Assembly: GCA_032718475.1 (NCBI GenBank)
Contig: JAUCBJ010004949.1
Span: forward strand, 1 to 39,704
DNA: 39,704 nt
Source of the DNA: Nemertoderma westbladi
Lineage: Eukaryota; Animalia; Xenacoelomorpha
Reading direction: 5' to 3'
The notes under the pieces are model-generated. The model worked only from the letters and a program-made list of their open reading frames with translations, did not search any database and was not told the DNA's origin. The translations under genes and the position numbers were made by a program. Below, piece by piece: positions 23,411 through 35,500 of the stretch; positions within the stretch are counted from its first letter, which is position 1; each line of letters begins with the position of its first letter.

Positions 23411-25329
23411 GCTATGGATAATATTCGCTGATAATATTTTGACAGACAGACACAGAAAACGCGTTTTTTAGCAGTTTATAATTTTGCCCTAAAACGTTTT
23501 TTTTTCCAGTCACTTCCATTTATCTTCTTAGCGAAATTCAAAAAGTTTTTTCTTAGAAAGGCCACCACGGAGCCGCAACTTCCTATAAGAGGAATTTTTC
23601 ATTTTAAAATTTATATTAAAAATAAATGTACCTCTTTTCGGTGATTTTTGCCGCAAAAATCTCAGGCTGCGAAATTTCCGGAATTTTTTTATTTTAGTAA
23701 ATAAAACAATTTTTATTCCCATATCGGATGATATAGGTTTAGCCAGTGGCATATATTATTGATACAATATAACATTTTAGTAAACACCACCCCCCCCCCC
23801 CCCCCCCCCTTCCTCAATAAAATTCACATTTTAATACAATTTGGAATCCTTGCAACTTTCTACCCATCCATATCCAATAAACCTCCCCCAGAAATAAAAA
23901 TATTGTGTTTTCATAAATATATAATATTATTATTAATAATATATTTCATAGGCCTAACGTGAATAAAATTATCTGACTACATTGCAAAGTTGTAAAATAT
24001 TATATAGAAACAGCAGAGTAAAATGGTATAACATAAATTATTGGTAAAAATCAGTATTATAATTCGTTCATTAAAACGTAAGCATAAAAAATCAAGTATC
24101 GTCGGTGTCCTTTTTTAAAAAACCAGTCGATTGTATTACATGTATTTGTTTAAAAATTTCGTTATTCTGCGATTATTAGAATGGACATTAAGATTATTAT
24201 ATAAGATACAATTTTATTTTTAAATACTTTTTATCCCGCCCGATCTTTCCGGGTCATATATAAATTAAATTGCATACAAAATATTGCATATCTTATATTG
24301 CATAGGTAAATCTTTCCACACTGCTCTTATACCTTTTATTTAAGTAACTATATTTATTGCATGGAAAACAAATGCGCAATTCGTAATTTTTTCCACAAAA
24401 TTACCTTTTACCGGTAGAATAACCCGGTGTGACCAGACATCCCACTCGAAATTAAAACAAAAATAACGCAGCCAACTACAAAAAAAAAACGCAGCATCGA
24501 AATTCCCCCAACCCCACCCCTCCCCCCCCCCCCCCTCCCACCCACCTTCGTCCCCCCAAAAACGATTTATAAATAATTAATCATTAAAATATGATTCAAA
24601 TATTAAAATATCAATAAATTTGTAATATTACCTACAATCATGGCATAATATACACGCTATACAATTCGCGAATTCTTGGCTGCTACTTTTGAGAAGGGAC
24701 AGCAAAACGAAATAAAAGAAACGAAAACGTTTTTATTTCGTTTAGTTCTGAATAATTTTTGTTCCGTTTTCTCAATTTAGTTTTCGTTTAATATTTTTCT
24801 TGTTTAGTTTATTAAATCTAGTTTAGTATCTCTTTGTTTTCTTTTCGTTAACTTTTTTCGCTTATTGTAATTTGATTTGCTGGTGACTAGTGATGGTGAT
24901 TCTGAAATTCCAGAAGTTTCAATGACATAATTTAATGGCCCTCATATAAAAAATAGTTACAGTAGATTTGATTCGTTATGTTAATTTTTTTTAATTGTTA
25001 ATCAATTTACTTAAGTTTAAATGTTAATTTAATTTAATTTTGTCCCTAGTTTTCTTTTCGTTTTGTAATCCCAGATTTGAGGAGACGTTTTTTCGTTTAT
25101 CAACACAATTTTTCTTAATTTTGGCAGATGCCAATAGGAGCTGCCAGTAGCCTCATGCATTGCGTCGGCATGTTATTCTTCTTTATTTAGTTTTTCTAAA
25201 CGTAATTTGTCGTTTCCTGGAGACAGTCCTGGTACTCTGCAGACAACACGACACTATCAAATGTTTGACTATATAGTTATACTATACGGTATTTTGCTGA
25301 TTCAGTGCGTTTCTAGGATACTGTTCAAT

Positions 25330-25354
25330 CACTAAGTAGTTTAACTACTTAGTG
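25330..25354. repeat. 25-bp perfect inverted repeat
   Basis: CACTAAGTAGTT-T-AACTACTTAGTG, with flanks TTCAAT / TTAAAT (5 of 6 match). Confidence 0.75.
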
Positions 25355-25551
25355 TTAAATTGGAGATTTACGAGACGGGCTCCTTCTTACAAAACTTTTA
25401 AGTTTTAGCAAATTTGGAATATGTGGAGTTTATTTACAAATAATCTCTACATTTCAAGAAAAAAACGCAGATTTGGACAGTTTTCGGAAAAAAGGTGGTT
25501 TTAACGCTTTCACGCAAGCATGATCCTTCGCCATAAAATACAATGTATTAA

Positions 25552-27239
25552 GGGGGCGGTACACCACCTGGTGTCAAAAAATTGAAAAAAAATTTTTTTG
25601 CCGAATATTGTGTGAAATTTTATGTAGATTCCGAATCTGAAATCGGTTTTGTCATATCTCGATTGGATCTCGAGTTATACGTCTTTAACTGAGACCATGT
25701 TGACGGACAGACTGACAGACAGACCGACAGACCGACAGACAGTCTGGATAGGGTCAAAAGTGAAAACTGACAGCGGAAATGAAATCCTTGACCAGGAAAA
25801 CCCCAATAGAGAGAATTTTAATTAGCTAATGTGATTCCTTATACTTTTGACGGACAGACTGACAGACAGACCGACAGACCGACAGACAGTCTGGATAGGG
25901 TCAAAAGTGAAAACTGACAGCGGAAATGAAATCCTTGACCAGGAAAACCCCAATAGAGAGAATTTTAATTAGCTAATGTGATTCCTTATACTTTTGACGG
26001 ACAGACTGACAGACAGACCGACAGACAGACAGACAGTCTGGATAGGGTCAAAAGTGAAAACTGACAGCGGAAATGAAATCCTTGACCAGGAAAACCCCCA
26101 TAGAGAGAATTTTAATTAGCTAATGTGATTCCTTATACTTTTGACGGACAGACTGACAGACAGACCGACAGACCGACAGACAGTCTGGATAGGGTCAAAA
26201 GTGAAAACTGACAGCGGAAATGAAATCCTTGACCAGGAAAACCCCCATAGAGAGAATTTTAATTAGCTAATGTGATTCCTTATATTTTCGACGGACAGAC
26301 TGACAGACAGACAGACCAACAGACCGACAGACAGTCTGCATAGGGTCAAAAGTGAAAACTGACAGCGGAAATGAAATCCTTGTCCAGGAAAACCCCCATA
26401 GCGAGAATTTTAATTAGCTAATGTGATTCCTTATACTTTTGACGGACAGACTGAAAGACAGACCGACAGACAGACCGACAGACAGTCTGGATAGGGCCAA
26501 AGTGAAAACTGACAGCGGAAATGAAATCCTTGACAAGGAAAACCCCCATAGCGAGAATGTTAGTAGATTTTATTCTTTCTAAAGTCTTGACAGACAAACA
26601 GACAGAAATACTGACAGACTTCAGAAATTCATGAATTAGAGTTGGGCACTTGGGGGTTTGAATAATTTACAGTTAGGTACCGAAAGGGTTAAAACTTTAA
26701 CCTCATTTTTCTCAGAATGTCATTTTTTGACCTCAAAAATGTATCTAGTCCGCCAATTTTCAATGAATTGAGCTGAAATTTGGAAAGTATCTCCAGACCG
26801 ACGCACTCTTTAGAAATTGTGGTCAAATTTTTTTTTTTTAGCTTCGTTCGTTTTTTATTCATTGTTAAATGTCGAAATTTCGTGATTTTTTCGTTCAAAA
26901 TGAAAAGTAATTTTTGATTGGCTATAAAAAAAGATCAAAACAAAATTTTAAAAATTTGACCACAATTTCTGTTTATCATGACTTGGAGAATATGCACACC
27001 AAATTTCGAGCGAAAATAATTATAAATAAATATGTAGATAGGTTTTGTAATATAGTCAATATTTATTAATATTAACTATTATTAAATTATTATAAATAGT
27101 TAATTCGAAAAAATTTTTTTGCCAAAAGTTGTATCTACAACCCAACTCTAATTGTGCTAATTTTCGAAAATACTTGACAATGTTGAAGCACACGACAATG
27201 ATTTTTGTAAAAAATGCGCTTAGGTGGTGTACCGCCCCC
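25552..27239. mobile_element. Non-autonomous Kolobok-like DNA transposon (1688 bp)
   Basis: Perfect 18-bp TIRs GGGGGCGGTACACCACCT / AGGTGGTGTACCGCCCCC with TTAA on both sides (25548-25551, 27240-27243). RR...YY termini with a TTAA TSD fit Kolobok rather than piggyBac (CCY termini). No transposase ORF. Confidence 0.82.
25701..26620. repeat. 147-bp tandem repeat (~6 copies) inside the Kolobok-like element
   Basis: Units start at 25701, 25848, 25995, 26142, 26289 and 26440, each containing a (GACA)n-like microsatellite. Confidence 0.95.
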
Positions 27240-27342
27240 TTAAGTGGAAATAAATAACCGGCAATTTTAGGACAATAATAAGTTTCCTTTTTGGAGAAAA
27301 ATTACATCTTTATGGAATAAAATAATAGTTATTTATTTCGAT

Positions 27343-28300
27343 GAGAACTTACACAGTTTGGAGAACTTACACTGTTTTTGAGAACTTACATTGTTTGGAG
27401 AACTTACACTGTTTGGAGAACTCACACCGTTTGGAGAACTTGCACTGTTTTGAGAACTCACACCGTTTGGAGAACTTACACTGTTTTGAGAACTTACACT
27501 GTTTTGAGAACTCACACCGTTTGGAGAACTTACACTGTTTTGAGAACCTACACTGTTTGGAGAACTCACACCGTTTGGAGATCTTACACTGTTTTGAGAA
27601 CTTACACTGTTTGGAGAACTTACACTGTTTTTGAGAACTTACATTGTTTGGACAACTTACACTGTTTGGAGAACTCACACCGTTTGGAGAACTCACACCG
27701 TTTGGAGAACTTACACTGTTCTGAGAACTCACACCGTTTGGAGAACTTACACTGTTTTGAGAACTTACACTGTTTTGAGAACTCACACCGTTTGGAGAAC
27801 TTACACTACTTTGAGAACTCACACCGTTTGGAGAACTTACTGTTTTGAGAACTTACACTGTTTGGAGAACTCACACCGTTTGGAGAACTTACATTGTTTT
27901 GAGAACTTACACTGTTTGGAGAACTTACACTGTTTTGAGAACTTACACTGTTTGGAGAACTTACACTGTTTGGAGAACTTACACTGTTTTGAGAACTTAC
28001 ACTGTTTTGAGAACTCACACCGTTTGGAGAACTTGCACTGTTTTGAGAACTCACACCGTTTGGAGAACTTACACTGTTTTGAGAACTTACACTGTTTTGA
28101 GAACTCACACCGTTTGGAGAACTTACACTGTTTTGAGAACTTACACTGTTTTGAGAACTTACACTGTTTGGAGAACTTACACTGTTTGTATAACTTACAC
28201 TGTTTGGAGAACTTACACTGTTTGTATAACTTACACTGTTTGGAGAACTTACACTGTTTGTATAACTTACACTGTTTTGAGAACTTACACTGTTTGGAAC
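27343..28300. repeat. 18-bp minisatellite (~53 copies)
   Basis: Three main variants are interspersed: GAGAACTTACACTGTTTG, GAGAACTTACACTGTTTT and GAGAACTCACACCGTTTG. There are occasional 1-2 bp indels. Confidence 0.96.
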
Positions 28301-29110
28301 AGTGCAAGAAACATTCAGAAAAAATAATCTACTTTTTATGCTTACTTAAAATTACTGAGCACAAATAAATTATAATTATTAAGCAGGTACGTATAAATAA
28401 ACGACTATATGGGCGGATATTTTTTGGCGCTATATATGCCGCTAGCGCCGTAGCGCCATTACAGGCCGTGCCCGTAGCGCCATTGGCAGGAAGCTCGATG
28501 ACGTCAGCAGTACTATCGAGATTCTCCATAAATATTATTTGCTAACAGCACCGGTACAGCAAGGCCTGTCAAAAATTGACTGCAGTTTAATTCCATGGGT
28601 CTCAATCAATTTTGGAAATGTAATCAATCAATTAATTGTAAATCATTATAAAAAAGATTAAAGAGGTAAAATAATATGCTATCAATTTACCATCAGATAG
28701 GGGGGAAACTGGACGCATCTGCCAATCAAATACCAATAATTTTAAAATTACCAATCTTATAATTGGGGTCAATTAATTGCATGCCCAATAAATTTTTGTC
28801 AGGCCTTGCAGTTAAGATATATATAGGTAGATTCTATTTTGGTCGTGGCGCCGAAACCGCCAAAAAATTCCCAAAGCATGGTATACTATATACAACATCG
28901 GTAGGCACAACATCTGTACATGTACTGCAGGTACCAATAGGGAGGAAACTATACGAATCGAAGACACGAACCAAATCTACAATGTTATCATATGAAATGC
29001 GTTTTTCAAAAATATACGAAAAAAGCTTCGTATTTTTTTCTAAGTAATAATAATTGTTCAGAATTATAAGTTAACAAGAAACACTAAAAGTAAAAAAATA
29101 ACTCATATAT

Positions 29111-31450
29111 GGGTCAATAAGCTTAAAAGTGGCCAAAAAGGGGTACAAATTGACCAAAAAATTTTTGTCGGAAATTAGTGCCGTACCATACACCATTCGA
29201 AAGATAATTTCATGGCGAATCTTGTGATGGTAGAGGGAGAGCATGAGGCGCCGCTCAAAGGGAGATATATGGCAAAAACTAATGTCATATCTGTAACGTT
29301 TTTGTCTACCACTGTAACGCATTACAGTGATGACATTTTTGGGACAAACGTCTGTAACGGCCATCTGTAACGGTAATTATGTTATATGGATTTTGCAGTA
29401 TTTATAACTTATTGCTTCGACAATAAGGTAACTTAATGGACAAACATCTGTAACAAACAGAGATATCTGACCATAACTATCGCATCCACTAAATTATATG
29501 TACTTATACTTAATCCACATGATTTCCAATAAATAGAAAATGTTTTTCATTAACATTTTTCTGTGTAACCGATAATCTTGTTTTACACGATTTTTTTTAT
29601 CCCGTGTTAAATTTTCTCTATCGCGCCGCTTTTTATATGCTTGTTTAAAATACTCTGTATAACAACCGCGGTCCATTTTTTCTCTGTACTTATTTAACCG
29701 CTCCCTGGCGTTTCTCTGCAACTGATTCAGAGACGTCTATTACCACATCCAATAAACGGATCTGACTAAACTTATCACAATAATATAAGTAGTGCACAAG
29801 TCCTTCATGTAAGTCAGTGAGTAATGTTAAGCCAATGATTTAGAAATTGATAGTAAAATATAGGGCATAGGCCTTTTATATGCTATGAGGATCATTGCTG
29901 ACAGCATTGTTGTAATAAATTACGCGCCTATGCAGGGAAGCCTAATAACGAAAAACGCAAAACGAAACAGGGCAAAGTACCGTCTGTACAATATATTGTA
30001 TGTTCAAAAAAAACACTGTTTGTAGGAAATGTATCTTCTACAATTCTAAACGAAATAAAGCGAAATTCTGCAGAAAGCACATTTTATTTATAGGCCTACA
30101 TTTAAAATTTATAAGATGGAGATTGTATATATTTGAAATTAATTCCTAAATTATTTACCACGGACCCAGAAGCTCTGGATTCATAAAATTTCATATGTGA
30201 AGTGAATCTGCGCTTTACTCCCTAGAATCCACAATCACTTCTTCCCGGATAGAGATAAACATGAATCCGTGTTTTACTCCCCTTACGGGAGGATCCAGTA
30301 ACACTTGAGAATTCAAATTAGATTGAATTCGCATTTTGCACTCATTTCCGGATTTCATGAAAACCCGGATCCGCGTTTTAACCTCAAAATTCGAGAACCG
30401 ATCCGGATCCTGCATCCGGTTCCGCGTTTTACACTTACCCATCTTACACTACCACATTACCATGAGCAGTTAGGATGTCAGTAGGAAGACGAAGAACGCA
30501 TCAAACGCGTAGGCATTCAAATATTGACAGTGATGCCTTATTGTATTTCAGGGTGACCCTCCGTTACAGATAGGACTGTCATATAGATATGACTGAAAAC
30601 CTACAGTCTGTAACGCATCGATAACTGGTTATATAATGCGTTACAGATGAGACATGCCCTATCTGTAACGCACTGCACTGTAACGGTGACGCGTTACAGA
30701 TGGTTGACAAAATCGCTTTCCACCGCCATACATCCTTGGTGTTTATTTATCACATTAACTCTTGGGGTTGATGCGGCATAAATTAAAATAGCCTTTCCAC
30801 ACGTACCATTATACTTGTATGAGATTAATATTATCAAAATCTATGGCTACATTTGTAGCGTTACAGATATGGACGTTTATGCTTTCAATATTGACTTTGT
30901 TAAACATAAATGCTTCCCAAATGAGATTGCCTTGTCCTTTGTATGTGATATTTGGCCTATATATGTTAGAAACCCTGTAGATTCTAAATATATCAAAACT
31001 GTAAACCTGCAGTTACTACTTCAGATTCTAGGCGTAAATGTTACAGATGTGACACAAAAATTGAAAAATCCATGCCCATTTTATGTATCGATCTCAAATG
31101 GTTCAACATGAATATTATGGCCTGAAATATATCGGAAAAGAAAGCAAAACATCTTAGCTTCCCAACAATATATAGGTTTCCTATATATTTGTCACTTGGA
31201 GTGATAAAATTTACAGTTGTTTGTGGTCTTGTCATGTAAGGGACAACTGATTTTCACGATATTTCAGTCTTTGATGGGGCATATCTTTTGAGTGCTTTTA
31301 CAGATTTTGATAATTTTTACTGCGTAAGCTGCGCAAATAAATTAGCTACAAAATAATATATAACTTTATTACATACGAATAAATTAAAGCATTTAAAATT
31401 ATATCGTAACTTCCGGACAAACCATTGGCCACTTTTAAGCTTATTGACCC
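29111..31450. mobile_element. Non-autonomous TIR DNA transposon, 2340 bp (Sola-like, ATAT TSD)
   Basis: Perfect 26-bp TIRs GGGTCAATAAGCTTAAAAGTGGCCAA / TTGGCCACTTTTAAGCTTATTGACCC, ATAT on both flanks, and many internal CTGTAACG/CGTTACAG motifs. The superfamily call rests on the 4-bp AWWT-type TSD only. Confidence 0.8.
30160..30440. mobile_element. Nested transposon end fragment with CCGCGTTTTA(C/A) subterminal repeats
   Basis: About 5 copies of ATCCG(C/T)GTTTTAC-like motifs ending in ...CCGCGTTTTACACTTACCC. No matching opposite end was found. Confidence 0.4.
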
Positions 31451-31482
31451 ATATACTAATTAATACACTTAAATACTACAAT

Positions 31483-32056
31483 AAGTGCTGCCAACTGAAA
31501 CTGAACTGGAGACCCGAAAATTTAACCATTTAAAACTGAAAGTATAATTTATACATTGGAAAATAGATATATATACAGTACAGTTCGTGGTTTTAGTGTT
31601 CATAAATACTATTTAATAGAAGAAATAGTATTAGGTCGGTAGAAGAATACCGGAATCTCGGTAAAAATTTAACTATTCATAGCATGGAAACAAAATAACT
31701 GCCACCTAGGGATCGAACCAGAGCTTCCTAATTGGAAGCCCAGGAATGTCACCTCACCTTCTAGACCAATCTGCTGTTTATTTTATTTTTAAGTAATACG
31801 TAATTTTACTTACTTACTTTTGTAGCTTAAAATTCCAGCTATTTTCATGAAAAATCAATAAAAGGCTGTCGGGTCCATCGGTCGATCAATATACAATCAA
31901 AGTCACCTAGGCCTATAAATGATTTGCCATGGCAACTTGTTATGTATTATTAACACTAGAACTGAAATGATTATTTTTTGGGAACTGAAATGAACATACT
32001 TATTCGAACTGAACCCGAAACTATATATTCAAATTTTGTTTCAGTTCGCAGCACTA
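31483..32056. mobile_element. hAT-family MITE (574 bp)
   Basis: TIRs AAGTGCTGCCAACTGAAAC / GTTTCAGTTCGCAGCACTA; perfect 8-bp TSD ACTACAAT (31475-31482 and 32057-32064); AACTGA subterminal repeats. Confidence 0.88.
31700..31776 (-). pseudogene. tRNA-like sequence (tRNA pseudogene or SINE head) inside the hAT MITE
   Basis: The minus strand shows an A-box-like TTGGTCTAGAAGG, a B-box GGTTCGATCCC and a possible TCC anticodon loop, but acceptor-stem pairing is poor. Confidence 0.4.
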
Positions 32057-32109
32057 ACTACAATGGGAACTACGATTTGGTACGAATCCACCCCTGCTAT
32101 ATATGTAAC

Positions 32110-32506
32110 TAGTGTTTAAACGGGATCAGACTTTTCGGGATGGGGACCGGGATTATGAATCTAGGGATCCCGATTTTCGTGATCAGGATTGCAATTTTGA
32201 AAAAAATGTTCTTAATGTATTTAGTATATATTGCTGTGTTAGGTATAAAACGCAAAATTAAATATATAACTTTATTTCACACTGCTGATGCCGAAATACT
32301 AGTAAGAATAAATTATATTAAAATTACTTTATAGTTGATTACTGATGGTTTACTGACATATCAATTCGGTATAACCAATACATTTCTGTTGGTACAACAT
32401 TTCATCGGATATTCAAAAATTGACTCCACTATTCAGACTTCGGATCCCGTTCCAAAAAAGTCGGGATCGGGATTGTATTTTTCACCGGGATCCCGATTAA
32501 AAAGTA
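32110..32506. mobile_element. Degenerate hAT-like MITE with CGGGAT subterminal repeats
   Basis: Ends TAGTGTTTAAACGGGATC / GATCCCGATTAAAAGTA, with clusters of CGGGAT/ATCCCG at both ends. No intact TSD. Confidence 0.55.
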
Positions 32507-32537
32507 AAAAGTTATTAAATGGGAAAATATAACGAAT

Positions 32538-35500
32538 TTATTTTTTATTAGGTTTCTTCTTTGTTATCAAGCTTTTAAATCTCTTCATAGGGGTAGACTT
32601 GGATCGTGTCACTGGAGGAGGGGTATTCTCGATCTCAAATGTAATCGGGCCTTTCGGCTGGGAGGACTCGGGTTTGTGGGAACGAAGGACAACGGGAGAC
32701 CCGCTGATCAGAGGACGTTTGTCGTTTGAACGTGGGGGACGGGGGCTTTTACGCACCGAGCGTAGTGAGGCAGGAAACTGTCTACTAGACGAGATAGTTG
32801 TCGAAGAAGATGAATTGGCCGCGGATGTAACCGCAGACGCCGAAGAGGAAGTTAAGTCCGGTTTAGCTAATCGACTTGAGGTTCTGTTGGTTGCGGTTCT
32901 GAGTTCAACCTCTGGCACGGTTTCTGTGATCTCCTCCACAGGGTAACAGGACCGTAGGGCCGGGCCCACCATCGTGTTGCGTCGTTTAATCTCATCCAAC
33001 CGATTTGGGTCGTCCAAGGATTCCCTGCGGACCCCGAACAGGAGGTTCGCGTCGGTTGGGACGCTGTGGAACTCCATAACGGTGTCCTCCCCGGCGTCTC
33101 GGATAGCGGAAGTCGTCAGCGACATGGAGTAGCGGCTGACGTCGTCCCGTTTGAACCGCTTCCGGTCGCCGGAAACGGATCTCGGTATTGCGAACTCGTC
33201 GGAGACGATCGACTCGCGACTGGTGGACTGGCGTTTATTCCCGAGGCGGGGCCGAACCCGGGACCTGGAGGACTCCGGACCGGGGGAGTGCGGTTCCGCG
33301 AGGGATGGATTGTACCCGGGGAGAGTCCACTGTGTGCGTCCGGTCCGGGGTACCGAACTGTCTGAGTGCGTCGACGAGACATCCGCTTCCGCACTCATCG
33401 TAACATTATTCCTTAGAAATTCGATATCTCGCTCTCGCAACTTCGCGATCTCATCTTCTAATGAACTTTTACTTTTCATTAAACTCTCCTTTAAGTCCTG
33501 GCAACTCGTCTTCTTGCAGACACCATCATCAACCAACTTGGAGCGCTCGTCAACCAAATCCAGTTTCAGTTTCGATATTTCCTGTTCTAGGGTTTTCATT
33601 TTCTTGTTAGTTTTCTCGATGGTATCATTATTCATTCGTTTCGATTCGGAAAGTTCATTATTTAATTCCGCTGCTCTACTAACTACCTTATTTAATTCTA
33701 CAACCAAGGCGTCGCTTTTAGCCTCTAAAGATATTCTTGTATTTGTCAGCTCGGTTTTAAAGAGACTTTCGCTAACCCTTGATAAACTGTATAATCTATC
33801 ATTCTTCTGCTGTAATTGATTGACAGTTTCTTGGTAACTTTCCAAAACTTTTGCAGTTTCACTTTTCTCATCCTCTAAATGATTGACAGTTTCTTGGTAA
33901 CTTTCCAACATTTTTGCAGTTTCACTTTTCTCACCCTTTAATTGATTGACAGTTTCTTGGTAACTTTCCAACACTTTTGCAGTTTCACTTTTCTCATCCT
34001 CTAAATGATTGACAGTTTCTTGGTAACTTTCCAAAACTTTTGCAGTTTCACTTTTCTCATTCTCTAAATGATTGACAGTTTCTTTGTAACTTTCCACCAC
34101 TTTTGCAGTTTCATTTTTCTCGTTCTCGAAATGATTGACAGTTTCTTGGTAACTTTCCAAAACTTTTGCAGTTTCACTTTTCTCATTCTCGAAATGATTG
34201 ACAGTTTCTTGGTAACTTTCCAAAACTTTTGCAGTTTCACTTTTCTCACCCTCTAAATGATTGACAGTTTCTTGGTAACTTTCCAAAACTTTTGCAGTTT
34301 CACTTTTCTCATTCTCTAAATGATTGACAGTTTCTTGGTAACTTTCCAAAACTTTTGCAGTTTCACTTTTCTCATCCTCTAAATGATTGACAGTTTCTTG
34401 GTAACTTTCCAAAACTTTTGCAGTTTCACTTTTCTCATTCTCTAAATGATTGACAGTTTCTTTGTAACTTTCCAACATTTTTGCAGTTTCACTTTTCTCA
34501 TTCTCGAAATGATTGACAGTTTCTTGGTAACTTTCCAACATTTTTGCAGTTTCATTTTTCTCATTCTCGAAATGATTGACAGTTTCTTGGTAACTTTCCA
34601 AAACTTTTGCAGTTTCACTTTTCTCATCCTCTAAATGATTGACAGTTCCTTGGTAACTTTCCAACACTTTTGCAGTTTCACTTTTCTCATCCTCTAAATG
34701 ATTGACAGTTTCTTGGTAACTTTCCAACACTTTTGCAGTTTCACTTTTCTCACCCTTTAATTGATTGACAGTTTCTTGGTAACTTTCCAAAACTTTTGCA
34801 GTTTCACTTTTCTCATCCTCTAAATGATTGACAGTTTCTTGGTAACTTTCCAACACTTTTGCAGTTTCACTTTTCTCACCCTTTAATTGATTGACAGTTT
34901 CTTGGTAACTTTCCAAAACTTTTGCAGTTTCACTTTTCTCATCCTCCAAATGATTGACAGTTTCTTGGTAACTTTCCAACACTTTTGCAGTGTCACTTTT
35001 CTCACCCTTTAATTGATTGACAGTTTCTTGGTAACTTTCCAACACTTTTGCAGTTTCACTTTTCTCACCCTTTAATTGATTGACAGTTTCTTGGTAACTT
35101 TCCAACATTTTTGCAGTTTCACTTTTCTCATTCTCGAAATGATTGACAGTTTCTTGGTAACTTTCCAACATTTTTGCAGTTTCATTTTTCTCATTCTCGA
35201 AATGATTGACAGTTTCTTGGTAACTTTCCAAAACTTTTGCAGTTTCACTTTTCTCATCCTCTAAATGATTGACAGTTCCTTGGTAACTTTCCAACACTTT
35301 TGCAGTTTCACTTTTCTCATCCTCTAAATGATTGACAGTTTCTTGGTAACTTTCCAACACTTTTGCAGTTTCACTTTTCTCACCCTTTAATTGATTGACA
35401 GTTTCTTGGTAACTTTCCAAAACTTTTGCAGTTTCACTTTTCTCATCCTCTAAATGATTGACAGTTTCTTTGTAACTTTCCAAAACTTTTGCAGTTTCAC

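Noticed and set aside
24305-24315. Third copy of the 56-bp palindrome (GGTAAATCTTT)
   Set aside because: Only 11 bp match, in AT-rich DNA, with no second arm.
24690-25130. MITE with TTTCGTTT repeats
   Set aside because: Motif-rich, but TIRs and a TSD could not be defined.
27333-28368. Cys/His-rich or Ser-rich repeat proteins (ENLHCL, SSPNSV, KQCKFS ORFs)
   Set aside because: These are translations of an 18-bp minisatellite that is open in many frames on both strands, with frame-shifting indels and no unique domain.
29071-31235. Short ORFs as a transposase of the Sola-like element
   Set aside because: All are under 100 aa with no DDE/DDD motif visible. The basic ORF 29494-29721 could be a decayed relic, but this cannot be supported.
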